Source of the DNA: Adineta vaga
Lineage: Eukaryota > Animalia > Rotifera
NCBI GenBank assembly: GCA_021613535.1
Contig: CP075493.1
Coordinates: 10,416,001-10,480,000, forward strand
Length of the DNA: 64,000 bases
Direction of reading: 5' to 3'
Position numbers and translations under genes: made by a program. Positions within the stretch are counted from its first letter, which is position 1. Each line of letters starts with the position of its first letter. Below, in pieces: positions 60,200 through 64,000 of the stretch. The notes under the pieces are model-generated. The model searched no databases, was not told the DNA's origin, and saw only the letters and a program-made list of their open reading frames with translations.

Positions 60200-62021
60200 A
60201 TGTCAACATTAGTTGAAATTGAACGATATATATCAATTTATGGACCATTTATTTTAGCAACACTTGGAATTATTGGAAATATTCTTTCAATATTAATCTT
60301 TCTTTCACCACGATATCGTCGACAATCGTCACATTTTTATTTATTATCTCTTGCTATATCTGATCTTTGTTTTCTTATTATTAATCTTATTGAAGATACA
60401 TTTCGTAATCATAATGAATTATATGGTTCACGTTTAAATTTTCTTGATCGTAGTTCAATATCAATGTGTATACTTGTACAATATGCGAGAAATCTAACAC
60501 GATCATTATCATCATGGATTATTGTTTCATTTACAATCGAACGTCTTCTTGTGGTATTCTATCCTTTAAAACGAGGAATTATTTGTCGTCGAAAAATCGC
60601 ACGTTTTGTTGTTTCAATTCTTTTCCTATTAAGTTTTGTGAGTCATATCAATGTTCCATTTCATTATGGAATTATTCCTTCATCAAATCCAAAGAAGAAA
60701 AATGAAACGATTTGTGATATTATACCAACATATCGTTCAATCTATATGCGATTTGCTATTGCAACAATGATTAGTGTTTATTTAGTTCCAATGTGTGTCA
60801 TTGGATTTGTTAATATGTTAATATGTTGTAAACTTTGGAGAAAAAGTTTATTAATGGATAAAGATGATACGAATATATCTTCGAAAGACAAGTAAAATCT
60901 TATTGATATTTGCAAATATATTTTTTCTTTCATTTTATTCTCTTTTCATAGACATGAAATCTTTTCGAGTCAACGATTATCATATTTTGCAAGATTTTTA
61001 ACATGTTTACATCTATCAAGACGATCATCAACTTCATCCACCGTTACAAAACAATCTCTACATGGACGAACTTCATCACTCAGTCAATATCAATCAATTG
61101 GACCGTGGTTAAATACAGATACAAATATAGCACAAGTCTGTATTGTCTATTTTAACTCTGTTGTCAACATCCTTTTCTGAAGGTTGTCTCTGATATTTGT
61201 CCTTATGTTACATTGCGCTGACAAAGTTACATATCCTTTTATGTTTTTTTTGTTTTGTTCGCCCTTAATTTTCGAGAAAGTACTAAAAAACAAATATGTT
61301 TTGGGGCGAATATTTCATTTCCTGTTCGTGTCTGTTTGATCCAATGATTCTTTAGTACTCCAAGTACTTGCTATGTATTTATAAGGATATTCACATGAAA
61401 TCATTAACAGAAAAGAAAAACCGGAAATTAAATACCAATAATTTGTCTCTTCTTACATAGGTTAATGGACACTTGATTAATGACGAACATCAAAATCAAC
61501 CACCACCACCTCGTTCTCCATCTACACTTTCAGCAAATTCTCATCAACAAACAAAAAAACCATCGGTCACTTCAATAAAAGCTCATATACAATCGCGAAC
61601 ACATCGTGTTACTGCAACGTTATTACTTGTTTCATGTTCATTTCTTCTATTAAACACACCTTATTGTCTTGTATGGATTGCAAATTATCTTCAGGATTTT
61701 GGTAATGCAACATTAATATCTCTGAAAGAAATAACCGAATTATTTATGTTGACGAATTTTTGTATTAATTTTCTGTTATATTGTGTTAGTGGAAAAGTAT
61801 TTCGAAATGAACTTGGTTATATATTACGATGTAAATGGAGAGAATTATATGATCGTAATGAAATTGAACGAGCAGCACGAAGAAAATCACGACCAAAAAT
61901 TGAAATACAATTGAACGAAGTAAAAGTAAAACCACGAACATCTTCATTTTGTCAAAATAATGATCAACCAAATCAACGATCATCATTTTCTATCTATACA
62001 AAAAAATTTCAACATTCATAA
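60200..62021 (+). CDS. Rhodopsin-like peptide-type GPCR, 3 exons
   Basis: GIIGN, LAISD, FTIERL, FLLLNTPY, NFCINFLLY. Introns at about 60892-60951 and 61136-61460. Confidence 0.9.
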
Positions 62022-63706
62022 ATTAATGATTACAAATTATTTATATATAAATATATGTGCACGTGAAATCTTGTTGTTGTTGTTGTTTTTGTTTGTTCTT
62101 TCTTTTTTGAACTAATGAGAAGAAAAATGCATTGCATTAATTAAATTAACGAAAAGTCAAATAGAAAACGTACCTTTCTACTTGTACTTACTTTCAAAAA
62201 ATCACTCGAGTTTTTTTATTGTATGAAGTATAAGAAATGCAAGTGGATTAGTGGATGAAGCAATCTAACTTATTCTTTTTAAGACTGTTCTAATACTTAT
62301 TAGCAGATGAAGAATTCCTATATTTAATGAATAGAAGAGACAAAGTTTGAAGGATTATATATAATTATAAAAATCTTAATAAATCTTGTAAAATACATCA
62401 TTTATATAAATTCAATATTAGTACAAATAATAAACGAGATATAACATTGAAAAAGTTATATTAATGCACAATAGATTCACCTAATTTATCATATTATATC
62501 GACTTAACCAACAGATGGAGATAGTCATATATTCATAAAGTTCATTATGAGATCAATCAATGGATTTGTTCAATATCGATCCAATAAGTTTTCTTTCATA
62601 AACAAATATAAAGAAAATATTTCATTGTAAAGCATTCAAGACATGAACAATGAGTGAACAATTTGATAATATTGTATATTGAAAAGAATTGACTTCCATT
62701 TGAGAGAGAAACTATATATTATAAATATGAATTGACAGTCATTCCATTAGACGAGCACTATCATGTATTGCTCAAACTAGTACAACGAAAAATTAATATG
62801 AACATACTCAAATGTTTAACTTTTAATTATTATACTCCATGATATCTTCAAAGAACATAACATAATATTGTGAAGAAATATCAATTATTCAAATATTGAT
62901 ATTAAACTCGATTTCATTTATCTATGACATCAGTAACCACTTATAGTCATGGTTTCTTTTTTTCTTAAACAAAGTAGAGTAGATTTTTATAATTTCTTTA
63001 AATATTAGCAGTACCATTTCCGCAATGTAATCAGATGTGAGAAATAAATGTTAATTTTTTATTACGCCTACAACAACAACAAAAAATGTAATTTATAATG
63101 AATATTTTTCGTTATTCTTTCACGTAAAGCTTCATCAAACTATTTTTCTTCTCGCAAAATGATAGAAACATCAGATTGATAGCTCTGTAATTTCCGGTAA
63201 TTTCATTGTATTCAACGTTGATGATTTTATTTATGATCGTTCGAAATGCACACACTTCCGTACTTTGATTTGATCGTATTTATCATAGTCTATATTTACT
63301 AAGATACTAGAGAATGATGTGTCAATCTTGAATTCAAAATCTACTGTGAATGATGATGCTCAGCATATTGGAAAAACAAAGTTCGTTCAGTATATATATA
63401 GATATACAGTAAATTATTCTTTCTTTCTGATTACACATTTCAGATTTAATCTTGATATTTTAGTTATAAATTAATCAATAATAATAATGATGTCAATAAC
63501 AAAGAGAAAAATCTCTTTTGATATTTTGATATAAAGAGAAGAGATAATTATCTTTTATACATTGTCAATTGACAACAATTATTGTTTTCATATATGATAA
63601 ATAACAATAAAATATATTTAGTAAAAGCTAATGAATTACCTAAAGAAAAATTTCATTGAATAAATTATTAGAAAAATTCAATTATTCTTGATTTCATATT
63701 CTAGAA

Positions 63707-64000
63707 TTATTTATCACCTGTTGTCCCCATACCCATGACAGTTTTTAATGTATCATAAATCCACCATTGAAAACCAGTTAATGTTCCAATCATTAAAATT
63801 CGTGTCGGAAGATCTTTTCGACATAAATTAAAATAACCAAATTGTTTTGCAATATCTCTAATTGATCTATTTCTATATTCTGATTTAGCCATTAATGAAA
63901 CAAGTGAATCAGCTGGATGAGGAACAATAGCACAGATTATGCCAGCAATATAATCTGATGCAAATGTTAATCCTAATTGTGTACTTTTAGAATAATTTGA
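63707..64000 (-). CDS. SLC25A3: Mitochondrial phosphate carrier, 3' part (truncated by the window edge, possibly degenerate)
   Basis: QLGLTFASDYIAGIICAIVPHPADSLVS...TRILMIGTLTGFQWWIYD. Confidence 0.8.
   Translation of the reverse strand, partial: SNYSKSTQLGLTFASDYIAGIICAIVPHPADSLVSLMAKSEYRNRSIRDIAKQFGYFNLCRKDLPTRILMIGTLTGFQWWIYDTLKTVMGMGTTGDK

Noticed and set aside
62300-63000. Coding-like fragments suggesting a decayed gene
   Set aside because: Too many stops and no recognisable family, so it cannot be supported without a search.

Overview
AT-rich, gene-dense animal genomic DNA with many short (about 45-65 nt) GT-AG introns. The intron style, F-box/LRR and orphan GPCR families, a cellular RdRP and several foreign-looking enzymes point to a bdelloid rotifer (inference). 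About 21 protein-coding genes and 2 pseudogenes can be reconstructed by eye: SAXO, a coiled-coil protein, RPA2, three GPCRs plus a GPCR pseudogene, an F-box/LRR gene plus a frameshifted F-box gene, RdRP, a neuropeptide-like precursor, NADAR, CMSS1, TMEM63, a divergent DDR, a Zn-finger/coiled-coil/W2-like protein, Scm, RBBP6, an FAD monooxygenase, a SnoaL-like protein, a Src kinase, NDR/STK38, RIOK1 and a partial phosphate carrier. Two signals stand out. (1) Operon-like junctions where a poly(A)-type hexamer is followed exactly 39 nt later by an apparently unpaired TTTCAG acceptor abutting the next ATG (CMSS1>NADAR and Src>NDR), which suggests trans-spliced polycistrons, one apparently having captured a foreign-type NADAR gene. 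(2) An RdRP whose C-terminal extension resembles a degenerate Cid1/TUTase-type nucleotidyltransferase. No rRNA, tRNA, CRISPR array or intact transposon was recognised. All calls are by motif recognition, without database searches.
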